From NCBI RefSeq assembly GCF_004010195.1, contig NC_057718.1:66597351-66661350 (forward strand): DNA of 64,000 nt, given 5' to 3'. Position numbers and translations under genes: made by a program. Every line of letters begins with the position of its first letter. The stretch's first letter is position 1. Positions 40,871-52,785 of this stretch are shown piece after piece. The notes under the pieces are model-generated. The model did not search any database. It worked only from the letters and a program-made list of their open reading frames with translations, and was not told the origin of the DNA. The DNA comes from Chiloscyllium plagiosum (lineage: Eukaryota).

Positions 40871-42994
40871 ATACATAAGTTGAACATTCACTAGTTAACT
40901 CAAAGGAGTATCCTGTTCCTAGAAGTTATGTTTCCTGATCTCTGAACTTTCTCTAGGTAAGGAAAAATTGATCAGAATAGGGCCACAAGCATTTCTCTGG
41001 AATATTTGAGTGTATCCTTTGGAAACTGAACTGAAGGAAAATAACACAAGTACAAAGCTGATTCTCCTCGCCCCAATTATAACACGGGTGTGGGCGTTGA
41101 GGTTGACAGCCAGATTAACACCCTCAAAATAGTATTAAATAAAACCAGACAAGTTGAATATTTTTGGTGATTTTGGAACATATAAAAGGATAAAGTACTT
41201 AAATCCAAGAAATATGATCAGAAACTGCTGGAAATATTCAGTAGGCCAGACAGCATCTATAGAAAGAGAAATAGAGTCAACACTTCAGGTCTACAATCGT
41301 CACTAGTTCTGACCAAATGACCTTTGTTTCTCTCTGTACAGATACTGCCAGACATGCTGTGCTAAAACTACTCACTTGCATTAGAGTGAAAAAAATCCTT
41401 TCTGCTAGCCTTCCATAAAGTACTCAGAGACAGCCTGTGAGTACTTGATTTCCCAGCAGCCTGAATCTAGTTTGGTACAATATTAAATATCAATGTCAAA
41501 AGAAAGAAAAAAAAACCATGTAAAAACATAAAAAAGCTGCAGAGCAATTTAAAACATAGAACAATAAAGCAATAGCTGATAATTTTTTAAAAATAATTCA
41601 CAAAAGTGATCTTTATAAAGTGCCAAGCAGCAGAGCTAAATAATAAAATCCTTTTTTGCCCTTTTACCCGTAAGCAGCAGAGTTTGACAGATAGATTCAG
41701 CTTCAAGTCCAGATCATGAAGGAAGGACTGGAGCAACCTAAGGAGTTAGGGTACCTTTACCTCTAGTGGGGCACACCATGAGCTTGGTTGGAATTCACAC
41801 AAAAGTGTAGCCAGTCAGAAGCAGTTAATTTTCAACATGGGTTTCCCTTCTCTCCTGAGGTGGATTAGGATATGGGCCTCTCTGCCCAGAAATCACTTGC
41901 GCAGAGGCAGGAAAGCATCAAGCACAGCCTATCTAATTTTCCAGAACTCCTTCCTTGCCTTCTATATGCCCAAAACATTCATCCCACACTCACCTTCACT
42001 TCCTTACACTCATATACCCTGGTTCTAGGAGGTTTGAAAATCAATACCCCAGAACAGGAGTTCAGGGTTGTTGTGAAGATGGGAAGACATTCACCCTCAG
42101 CACTCCAACCCTCTAGCTATCACAAGTCTTTATTTTGCTGCAACTCCTGCTCCTCATGGCCTTCCTGATTTGTTCTGCTATCTTGACTCCCACAGACCTC
42201 CAGGGAATCTGCACGTGCATGGGAGGGAGAGAAAACGTGGCCTCAAGCGGCAATGATATGAAGCACACATTTTAACTGCTCAAACACTTTAGCACAAACA
42301 CGGTGGTAGTACCAATAAAGGCAAAATATGTAAGGTGTGTTTGAGCATCCCTAAGGCATGGACCCAGCGCTCAACATCTTTTTTAGCTCCATTCTCCCTG
42401 ACCTTTTCTTCCTCCCTATCTCCATGCAAGCTGCTACTCACTAACAGATCCTCCTCCACAAATCCCTTGGTAGCCTCTCTATCACAAGCCCCTCATCATC
42501 CCTATTCTCCAGCAGAAAGCCTCTGCCTTCAATATCCCACACTATCCTCCAGGAGGTACTCTCTCCCAATGTCTCAGTCAGCAACCTTCCATTTTAAGCC
42601 TCTCCTCCCCTTCTCAGACATGTCACAGTCATGACTTGAGCATTGAGGGTTCAGGCTGAATGAAACCTTCACATGCTTACTGTTTCTCCAATCACAGCCT
42701 ATTTCTCTACCATATGGCAGTTTATAAGGTCACCAATGAGCCAACAGCAGCAAAATTAGAAGGGAACTGCCCTGTGATTGGAGGATCACCTCCTTTCAGA
42801 ACCTGTCATTTCAACTTTCCTATATTTTGAGCATTGGTTCCGAACAAATGTTGGATAACCCAGGTCTAAATACATTTTTTGTAGTGACTGTAACAAGGTC
42901 AGCCAAGTGGACCATTTAGAATAGGAGTGCCCTGACTGGGGCTGTTAATCTGGTCCAAACAGTGAGCCCTAATTGACAGAAAAACAGGAGTGTC

Positions 42995-43220
42995 CTCCCC
43001 TTCACTGTTTTGATAACACAGTGATGTGAAGGGCACTGCTTGTCACTGGCCACTCAGGTGTTTTCCCATCTTTCTGGTGGTGGAAATTGAATAAAGATTT
43101 GTGCACCTCGTGTCTTTCACTGTGTCTCACACCTATACACACACACCATGGGTACTGGGGAAAAAATAAGCACTACCGCAGTTAGGTGGTAGTGTGGGGG
43201 AAAAGAAAAAGAAAAAAAAA
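42995..43220 (+). mobile_element. Short non-autonomous Tx1-associated element (5' head, 3' hairpin tail, poly-A) inserted in the Gypsy 5' LTR
   Basis: Its head closely matches the 5' end of the LINE at 43228. Hairpin cactaccgc-agttag-gtggtagtg at 43171-43194, then an A tract. Flanked by ggagtgtc and gaagtgtc. Confidence 0.65.
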
Positions 43221-43227
43221 GAAGTGT

Positions 43228-46200
43228 CTCCCCTTCACTGTTTGATCACGCAGCATTGCTCTTTGATGTGAAGGGTACTGCTTGTCACTGGCCACTCAGG
43301 TGTTTTTCCCTTTTGAGAGTTGGATCAGTGTGAGTGTGCACACGTGCAAGGACTCTCCTCCTTGAAGGGGACTAGCTGCCCCACATCGGGAGAGAGAGGA
43401 AAGAAGAAGGAAGAGGAGGAGGAAGCAGAAGGAGGTGAGAGCTTTTGAGTCTGGGGCCTACTTTTAGAGCTACAGCCTGGGTCTCACCCAGGTCAAGGGA
43501 GTGTTGCTGCTGACCTGGGGCCCACTCCCACTGCTGGTCTCTGGGACCCCGCCCGACCTGCCTCAGCTGTTGCTGCTTGGGGCCTGCCTCACTGCTGCTG
43601 CCTGGGACTTGCCTTGGGGACCCTCCCCAACAGGCCTGCCCCCACCGTTGTGACCAAGGGCCTGCCTAGGACTTGCCTGAGGCCTGCCTCCACCACTGCT
43701 GCCTAGGACTTGCCTTGTCCCCTCCCCAGGACCTCCACCACTGCCACTGCTGGAGACCCACCTCCACTGCTACTGCCTGGGACTCGCCTTGGGCCCCTCC
43801 CCACAACCTCCACCACTACTGCTGCCTGGGACTCGCCTTGGGGACCCTCCCCAACAGGTCTGCCCCCACCGCTGCGACCAAGGGCCTACCTGGGACTCGC
43901 CCGAGGCCTGCCTCCAACGCTGCTGTTGCCTGAGGCCAGTCTCTACCGTTGCTGACTGGGACTCGCCTTGGGCACCTCCCAGGACTTCTGCTGCGGCCAG
44001 AGGCTCACTTTCACCGCTGCTGCCTGGGGCCTACCAATATCCAGCAGCAGAGTATGGCGAGCCCGAAGGTCGCAGGGCCCAGCCGCACCTACGCCGGGGT
44101 AGCCGCTGCCTTAGGCTCGGCTGTCGCAACCCCCTTCCTGCAAGAAACCCACATTACCCTGGGATACGAAGCCATCTGGCTCCTGGAGTGGCGCGGGGGG
44201 GGGGGTCTACATGAGTCACCTCACCCGCAGATCTGGCAGGGTGGCTATCTTGTTGGCCCTGCATTTTCAGCTGGAGATCTTGGGGGTCAGAGAGCCCGTG
44301 CCAGGCGATTTGCTTCACCTGACGGTTTGGCTGGGGGGCGCGGTGCTTCACTTGGTGAACATCTATGCTCCCCTGGCCGGGCCGAGGCAAGCGAGCTTCT
44401 TCGGAGAAGTGTCCAGTCATCTCATCTCCGTTGACGAGAGCCAGTGCATCGTCCTCGGGGGAGATTTTAACTGCGTCCTCAAGGACAGGGACCACGGTGG
44501 TGCCCGCACCGGTTGGGCGTCAGGGAGGAGGTTGGGGACTTGGTCAAGTGCTTCGATCTGGTGGATGTCTGGTGGAATCTCCATCCCAACTCCATCGCCT
44601 TCACCTTCGTGTGGCCTGGGTCGGAGCGTCCAGAATCGACCGTCTGTACGTTTCGCAGGCGTACGCCTCCTGCTTTCCGATGGCCTCCATGCGGCAGGTG
44701 TCGTGCACGGACCATCACCTGGTGTGGGCAGCACTCCTTCCATTCGGTGCCAGGCTCGGCTCGCGTTCTGGCACTTTAACAACCTGCTGCTGGAGGACGA
44801 GCGGTTCTGGGACTCGTTTTGTCATTTCTGGGCCAGCTGGAGAAGGAAGCAGGGAAGCTTCCCCTCCCTGAGGCCATCTTGGAACAGGGCGGTCATCGCC
44901 CTGCTGCCAAAGAAGGGGGACCTTCGTTCTTTGAAGAACTGGCATCCGGACTCTTCCCACCCCCCCCCCCCCAGCATGGAATACAAAATCTTCGCCAGGG
45001 TGTTGTCTTCTCGCCTGGCTTCTGTGCTGGCCCACATGATTCACCCGGCCAAGTCCTACACGGTCCCAGGCCTGAGGATACACGACAACATCCACCTGGT
45101 CCGAGATCTGATCCATTTCTGTCGACGGGCTGGTCTGCCAAGCGCCTTTCTGTCACTCGACTAGAAGGCGTTCGACAGGGTCGATCACTAGTACCTGCTC
45201 AGGACTCTGCAGGCATTAGGGTTCGGGACGCAGTTCGTCACCCAGATCTTTTGTACGCCGCCGCAGAGTGTCTGGTTAAAGTTAACGGGTCCCGGATGGT
45301 GCCTCTTCGCTTTGGGAAAGGAGTAAGTCAAGGCTGCCCGCTGTTCAGCCAGCTGTATTCCCTGTGCGTGGAGCCTTTCCTGCGCCTCTTGGAGGGGGTT
45401 GTCGGGGCTGGTTCTGCGCAGCGCAGCGCGCGCACGGTGGTGCTCCTCACTTTCACCGACCCAGCTAACCTGGGGAGGATGCGCGAGTGCCAGGCCATGT
45501 ACTCGGCAGCGTCTTCCGCCAAGATCAACTGGGCCAAATGTTCCGGATTACTGGTCAGTCCGTGGTGGGTGGACTCTCTGCCAGAGGAGTTACGGGGGCT
45601 CAGCTAGAGTACCACCATCTCCTCTACCTGGAGGTCTACCTCAGCCCAGCTGAGGAATCCTGGCCGGCCAACTGGCAGGAGCCAGAGGCCAAAGTCTCTG
45701 CTTGCCTAGGCTGTTGGACAGGACTATTCGGTGCTATCTTACAGGAATAGAGTGCTGGTCATAAACCAGCTGGTGACTGCCATGCTGTGGTACAGGCTGG
45801 TCACTTTGGAACCCTCCTGGCTTTGTCACTGACATCCAGAGAATGTTGGTCAACTTCTTCTTGATAAAAAGATGCACTGGGTCACTGTGCAGGTTCTGAG
45901 TCTCCCTATTGAGGAGGTCGGTCAGTCACTGGTGTGCGTCCGCACCCATGTCACGACACTCCGCCTTCAGACCTTGCAGTGATATCTTTACGCGAGCCTC
46001 CTCCTAAGTAGTGTGCCCTGGCAACGTATTTTTTCCACCAGGTATGTAACCTCAACTACGACACGCAGCTCCTGTTTGTCGATCGTGACGGTTTGGAGGT
46101 CGCCCTCAAGATGCTACCTATCTTTTATCAGGACCTGATCACTGTCTGGAACGTGGTCAAATCGCGTCGCGCCTACCCTCCGGCAGGCGTAGCGGCTGTC

Positions 46201-47172
46201 GTCAGGGAGCCGTTGCTCAGGAATCCGCACCTCTGTACACATGGGTTCGAGTGGCTGTCAGAGGGGAGGGCCATGGCTGGGAGGGTGACCAGGTCAGGGA
46301 CGTGCTGGGTGCCAGGGGCCTGGGCTAGATGCTGCCACAGGACATAGCGAGCAGGGCAGCGGTGGACGTCCAGTACGTGACCACCGCCATTCGACGCCTT
46401 AAAACAGCAGTGCTCGGACCCGACGTAGTGCACCAGTTGGAGGATGCTCAGGTGTGCGGTGGGATCCCGTCTGCGCTCACCCCAGCCCGGCCAGAATTTC
46501 ACATTGGCCCCAAGGTCCCGTACTTCCTGCGGGAGCCTGTGTCCCACAACCTGAGCCGCCTCTGGAATTTTAGTTTTGTCCCTTTTTAAGGATGTAAAAA
46601 GGAGGGCCCTGTAGCGACTGCTGCTGCACACAGTTCACCTCTTCTCCCTCATCCTGTGTCCGGACGCACCTTGGCGTGCCCATTTGCCACCGGGCGGTGG
46701 GGATCCCCAGTGGAGGGCTCTCTATGCGGGAGTCCTCCCCATTTCTCTCAGGGATCTGGGGTGGAGGGTGCTGCACGGAGTGGTCCCCTGCAACCGCAGA
46801 TTGCGGTGGTACACAGACTCCCAGCACAACTGCTTGTTCTGTAGTGCTTTGGAGTCTGTGAGCCATGTGTATATTGTTAGTGGGTGTTTGCACTCCCTTT
46901 TTGATTTTCTTAAAAACCACCTCCTCTGCTGTTGGTTGCACTTCAGTCCCACGCTACTGATCGTCGGACACCCGGTACACAGGAGGGAGGGCAAGTCTGA
47001 AGACCTCCTCACGGGGCCTGCTCCTGGGCCTGGCCAAATTGGCCATAAACATGTCCAGGCAGCGGGCCGTGGAGGGGGTCGTTAAGGCCGACTGCCTGCC
47101 CCTCTTCTGTGGTTACGTTAGAGCCCGGGTGTCCTTGGAGAAGGAGCATGCGGTCTCCACCAATACCCTTTG
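43228..47172 (+). mobile_element. Tx1-clade (L1 group) LINE, GC-rich, internally deleted ORF2 (APE endonuclease, RT, zinc finger)
   Basis: LVNIYAP, CIVLGGDFNC, SRIDRLY, TDHH, WHFNNLLL, ALLPKKGD, YKIFARVL, LSLD*KAFDRVDH, GVSQGCPL, DLGWRVLHG, CLFCSALESVSHVY. Confidence 0.85.
43560..43990 (+). repeat. Imperfect GC-rich tandem repeats in the 5' region of the Tx1 element
   Basis: Recurring ctgctgcctgggactcgccttggg and cctccaccactgc units; one ~100-nt block recurs (43590-43700 and 43815-43930). Confidence 0.75.
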
Positions 47173-48334
47173 AGTTGAGGTAAACACTTCTAGCATCATA
47201 CTGCTATTTGGGAAGCTTAAAGATCATTCAATCCTGCTAAAGACTGGGCCCAGTACATGAAAAGAGTGCACTATTTTTTCCAAACAAATGACATTGTGGC
47301 AGATAAAAAGCAATGAGTAATGCTCTTGACAGGTTGAGGACCTGCAGCTTTTTTGGTTATGAAGAGCCTAACTTTCCCTGAGGTACCAGATACTAAAATC
47401 TTTCAAGAGCTGGCTATTTAGTAAAGAAATATTGCAACCCCAAGCTTCCTCTAATTTTGAGATGTTAATTTTACCTGGCAATTCAAGAACCAGGGGAATC
47501 AACACTGGGATTTTTGACTAGGTATGACTTTGGTTTAACACTTAATAAGCTGCTGACTTACTGTTTGGAATGTGGGATTAATGACGCAACCATGCAGAAA
47601 TGCCAACAGTGAAGTCCAGTTGGGCTTCAACAGGCACTACAACTTGCTTTATCATTGGAAAATGCAACAGGTGGAGCATAAAAGTTGCTGGGTATTCCAA
47701 TGGAAATCAACATTGTCAATAGTCCGACTAAGCTCAGGGAACACTACTTGAGTGAAGGCAACTGCATAGCCCCACTCAGGACAGAAAACAGAGGCACTCT
47801 AGATCAGCACACAATCAAACCCCAAAACAAAGCCAAGCCTTAACATTTTCTTCACGATCCGGGCCAGCAAGCCGTTATAGATGCTGCCAACTCAGGAGAG
47901 CAAAAAGTCCCACAAGACCTGAATTGAGTAATAGAACTCATAGGCCAGTATCCAAGAAAGTGCACAACCTGGAAAGTCCACCGACATCTTGTTTGTAACA
48001 GTTAAATTGCTTTACAACATTCAAATTCAGAACCAATTAAAATAAATGTCTGGTTAAACTGTCACTAATTTTAAATGCAAGTAAATACTGGCACAGCCAT
48101 TTCAGTGCTGCAGAACCAGTCTTAAACAAAATTCATTCTGGACTTCAACCCTTAAGTTTGCACAAGACCTGAGCTAGACTGAGAACTTACACCGGGGAAT
48201 CTTTACAGCTTAAAAAGGTACAACTTCAGTTCCAGTTTCTTCTGAGAAGCAGCTGATTCAGTAACCAGCAATTAAAGTAAAAGGCTAGATTGGCTCAACA
48301 TTTTTCAATTTCAGAATGGATGCCAAATTAAATA

Positions 48335-48697
48335 CAGTAGCGCCTCGACTTACAAACTTAATCCATTCTAGGACCTGGTTCGCGAACCGAAAAGTTCTTG
48401 AACTGAATCAATTTTTCCCATTGTTCGGATAGCGTAAGAATGCTTGGACGTAGCAACGAACGCTGTTCACAGCGCATGCGCCAAAGACGAACTGAATGAG
48501 ATCACGTGGGACCCAAGAGCTTTTGCGTTCAACAAGTGCGTAGCAAAGCAGAACAATGAAACCACGTGGTCACACACGGGCTTTTTGTGTTCGTACCTTG
48601 AATTTCTTACGTATGTTAAAGCAAAATTTTACATACAATCCTGTTCGTAAACAGATTTGTTCATCAACGGGGTCGTTTGTATGTCGAGGCGCTACTG
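48335..48697. mobile_element. Tigger/pogo-type MITE
   Basis: Perfect TIR CAGTAGCGCCTCGAC / GTCGAGGCGCTACTG with TA on both sides. Confidence 0.92.
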
Positions 48698-49102
48698 TAT
48701 CTGGAACCTTTTCAAGAAGTTCTAGGGCCTATCAAAGGAGCCAAGTGACCTTGCATGTTGCCCAAGAACCAGTTCAACAATTCAGTTTCGTCGACTCAGT
48801 GTCATTCGCTTTACGGGCAAAAGTACAGACAGAAACCAGAAGGCTGAAAAGCGAAGGAATCATCAAAACAATCTAGTTTGCGGAATAGACAGATTGTGAA
48901 GTTGCACGGGTCAGTTTACCTTCGCTGGCATTTTAAGCAAACTGTTTCTCGCAGATGAATAAATACCTAATCCCTTGCACAAAGGAGTGATCTGCAAAGC
49001 TGGCAGGCTGGGAATTGGCAGGGAGGGGGGTGTGTTCCCTTCATGAAGTTGGACTGAGCACGCATACTTGCGATTGGGGATACATGAGGATTTCCAGAAA
49101 TA

Positions 49103-49337
49103 GGAGAAAGTGAGGTCTGCAGATGCTGGAGATCAGAGCTGAAAATGTGTTGCTGGAACAGCACAGCAGGTCAGGCAGCATCCAGGGAACAGGGGAATTG
49201 ACGTTTCGGGCATAAGCCCTTCTTCAGGAACTCAGGAACATTTCCTGAAAAAGGGCTTATGCCCGAAACGTCGATTCTCCTGTTCCCTGGATGCTGCCTG
49301 ACCTGCTGCGCTGTTCCAGCAACACATTTTCAGCTCC
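49103..49337. mobile_element. Well-preserved fold-back Penelope-related element with 14-bp TSD and two opposed hammerhead motifs
   Basis: TSD gatttccagaaata at 49089-49102 and 49338-49351. ~95-bp inverted arms at 49135-49230 and 49242-49336. Confidence 0.9.
49197..49230 (-). ncRNA. Minimal type I hammerhead ribozyme motif (intact core, same sense as the TFB1M pre-mRNA)
   Basis: Minus strand reads ttc-CTGAAGA-a-GGGC-ttat-GCCC-GAAA-CG-TC-aat. Confidence 0.6.
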
Positions 49338-49889
49338 GATTTCCAGAAATATGCCACAATTAATACCCATAAAGATTTGTACCAATATGTGAGACTGCCA
49401 AGTGGGGTATCACCAGCCTGGCCAATCTTTCCGCAGATGATGGAGAAATTTGATAAGGTCCACCACAGGTCGTCATTTATCTATATGAGTTGACCCAGTG
49501 GAGAAGAACAGCAAATGCATCCAGGACTTTAGATACTGTAAAGCACAAATATGCCCAGACAGAGGATGGTTTGGTGGTCATATTTGGAGTCGGGAAGTTA
49601 CACTAATACCTTTACGGACATAAATTTAAAATAATAATGGAACACAAACCCCTGCTCCGTCTACTTAAAGAGGTCAAGGCCGTGTTGCCCATAGCCTTAG
49701 CATTATAGCCCACAGCTGAATTCATTCTAAGTGCATATAATTACAAGCTAGCACACCGTCCTAGAGGCCAAAAAGCAAATGCAACTGCAGTGAGTCACCT
49801 CCTGCCGGCAGATACACCACCGGTGATACTGCCACGGGAAGAGTCTGTAATGGTTTTAAATCTTTATGGAAACACTTTCTCTCACAGCT

Positions 49890-50127
49890 GAACAGGAAAT
49901 GACATTGCCATAGGAAATTACATCACCAATGGAAATAACATCACCAATCCAAAGAAACCCGAACATATAAATAGAAAGTAGGGCTCATCAGCAGTGCTTC
50001 ATCTGGAGGCTCACTGAAGAGGTTACCTAGTATGGTGACGAAACGTCTGAAAATAAACTTGTAGTTCAGTGAGCAAACCTACATCCAGAATCTCAACCTG
50101 AGCTACAAATCTTCTCAAAACTCGCTA
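49890..50127 (+). mobile_element. Penelope-type 3' terminal fragment
   Basis: Contains a hammerhead and the terminus aacctgagctacaaatcttctcaaaactc. Confidence 0.6.
50011..50050 (+). ncRNA. Minimal type I hammerhead ribozyme motif (third family)
   Basis: tca-CTGAAGA-g-GTTACC-tagtat-GGTGAC-GAAA-CG-TC-tga: 6-bp stem II, GUC triplet, tca/tga stem I. Confidence 0.7.
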
Positions 50128-51342
50128 AATTGATTTAGTTTTTTGAAAAACTGATGAAGATTGATTGATGAAGGCAGAGCGGTTGACGATATCCGTACAG
50201 TCTTCAGGAAGGCACTTGACAAGATTCCGCATGATAGACTGGCTAGCAAGGTTAGATCACGTGGAATCCAGGGAGAGCTAGCCATCTGGATATAAAATTG
50301 GCTTGAGGGTGGTGGTTGAGGGTTGTTTTCAAACTGGAGGCCTGTGACCAGCAGTGTGCCACAAGGATCAGGCTGGATTCACTGCTTCCTTCATTTGTAT
50401 ATAATGATTTGGATGTGATTATAGGAGAAATAGTTACTAAGTTTGTAGATGACACCAAAATTACTAGCGTAGTGGACAACGAAGAAATTTATCTCAGAGT
50501 ACAATGGGACTTTGACCAAATGGGCCGATGGGCTAAAGAGTGGCAAATGGATTAATTTAGATAAATATGAGCTGTCGCATTTTGATAAGGCAAATCAGGG
50601 CGGGATTTATACACTGAATGGTAAGGTCCTGGGGAGTGTTACTGAACAAAGAGACCTTGGAGTGCAAATTCATAGTTACTTGAAATTGGAGTCATAGATA
50701 AACAGGGGATGAAGAAAGCGACTGGTATGTTTGCCTTTATTGGTAGTAACATGGAGTACAGATGTTGAGATGCCATGACGCGGCTGTATGGGACATTGGT
50801 TAGGCCACTTACAGAATATAGCGTTCAATTCTGGCCTTCCTGCTATAGGAAAGATGTTGTTAAACTTGAAAGGGGTCTGAAAAGATTTACAAGGATATTG
50901 CCAGAGTTTGAGGGCTTGAGCTTTAGGGAGAGGCTGAATAGGCTGGGGCTGTTTTCCCTGAAGCGTCAGAGGTTGAGGGGTGATCTTATAAGGTTTATAA
51001 AATCATGACGGGCATGGGTCAGGTGAATAGCCAAGATCTTTTTCCCAGGGTAGGGGAGTCCAAAACTAAAGGGTAAAGGTTTGAGATGAGAAGGGAAAGA
51101 TTTAAAGGGGACCTAATCAGCAGAAGGGGGTGCATGTATGAAATGAGCTGTCAGAGGAAGTGGTAAAAGCTGGTACAAATACAACATTTAAAAGTCATCC
51201 AGATGGATACATGAATAGGAAGGATTTAGAGGGATATGGGCCAAATGCTGGCAAATGGGACTAGATTCATTTAGAATATCTGATTGGCATGGACAAATTG
51301 GACTGAAGAGTCTGTTTCCGCGCTGTATAACTATATGACTCT
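50128..51342 (+). mobile_element. 5'-truncated CR1 LINE nested in the Gypsy element
   Basis: KFVDDTKI, LYGTLVRPLTEYSVQFW; 3' end tatgactct. Confidence 0.9.
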
Positions 51343-52538
51343 AATTTATGTCTGATGATCAGGAATAGTGTAGACATAGCTACGTTGGTGGGGCAGTGCC
51401 CAGATTGTTAACAAAAAACAAAAATTACTGCCCACAGCTCACCACATTCATATAAACTGTGGATCTGATTGCATGCCAATTATATAGGCCCTTTCATGGG
51501 GTCAATGTTCGTAGTCATTATGAACACACCAATGTCGCTGGGTGTGCACAGAGTTCATTGTCAATTGCAAGGACAACGATAGAAAACCTGTGCAGATCTT
51601 TTGCAATACGTGGACTCAGAAGTGTTGGTTACAGATAAAGGGCCATTTTTTACCAGCAGTAAATTAGAGTATTTCCTAAAGTCGAATGGTATTTGACAAT
51701 ATAAGGACAGCTCCGTATCATCCATCATCTTAACAGTCCAGCAGAAACAGCAGACCAAACTTTTAAGGCAGACTCAAAGAAACAGCCTACAGCTGCACTA
51801 GATAATAAACCGTCCCACTACTTCTTTGATTATACGACCACACCTCACGTAATTACAAGGATTACTCCAGAGTTGCTAATGGGGATAAGATGCCTTGCCA
51901 GGTTAAATTTGATCTCCCCATACGTGGGAGGGGGTGTGCACATGTGTGCGAAGGTATCAGGAATGCAATTGCTGAACACAAGACTCTGCTAAGCAAGAGA
52001 GACCGTTTACTTCAAGGGATGAAGTTTGGTGTAAAACTATGGGAACAGCCACGACATGATCAACCTGAATTCAGGCCCAGTGACATGACATTCAGGCAGG
52101 TACAATGGTCCTGAATAAGCATGTGGACCATATGAAAGCTGAAAATTTGCAAACAGCGTGGGATCAAAACCTGCATTATTCCTCTTGCCCTTGATTGATA
52201 CTGAACCCATGGGTCCTCTCTCTCCATTATGTGTTGAGGATATCTCTGAATCGGAAATATACACAGCGACGGTGCTGCTTTGATGCCTTTGCTGCATGAA
52301 GAAAAGAATGAATTTCTTCTGAAATTATGGGAACACGAGGCGAGCTACTGTGTATTACACACCAACCACATCAGACACAGAGTTGGAGGAACCCAGAAGG
52401 GGCTACAAAAAGAGAGGGGGGGGGATGGAGACAGAGAGTTGTAATGAGGCCAGCCAGGTGGACTTCATAGAATATATGAGTCCGCTGACTGGGTTGTTAA
52501 TCTGGTCCAATCAAGGAGCCCTGTCTGACAGATAAAAA

Positions 52539-52785
52539 GAGGACAGTTACCGCACTTAGGTGGTAGTGTGGGGGTTTAAAAAATAAATAAATAAAACAGG
52601 AGTGTAAGGGCAGTGTTTGTCAAAAAAAAAGAGGACAGTTACCGCACTTAGGTGGTAGTGTGGGGGTTGAAAGAAAAAAAAAACAAAAAAAAAAACCAGG
52701 AGATCCCCTTCACTGTTTTTGATCACACAGCACTGCCCTTTTAAAAAAAATAAACCGAAAAGAAAAAGAAAAAAAAAAGGACAGT
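52539..52785 (+). mobile_element. Cluster of Tx1-associated head/tail fragments with A tracts in the Gypsy 3' LTR
   Basis: Two copies of the hairpin tail ggacagttaccgcacttaggtggtagtgtggggg plus A tract. Target aaaacaggagtgt at 52593-52605. Head ccccttcactgtttttgatcacacagcactgccc at ~52705. Confidence 0.7.

Noticed and set aside
43673..47085. Dense overlapping long ORFs (up to 317 aa) suggesting a novel gene cluster
   Set aside because: They are frameshifted pieces and GC-rich shadow frames of a decayed Tx1 LINE.
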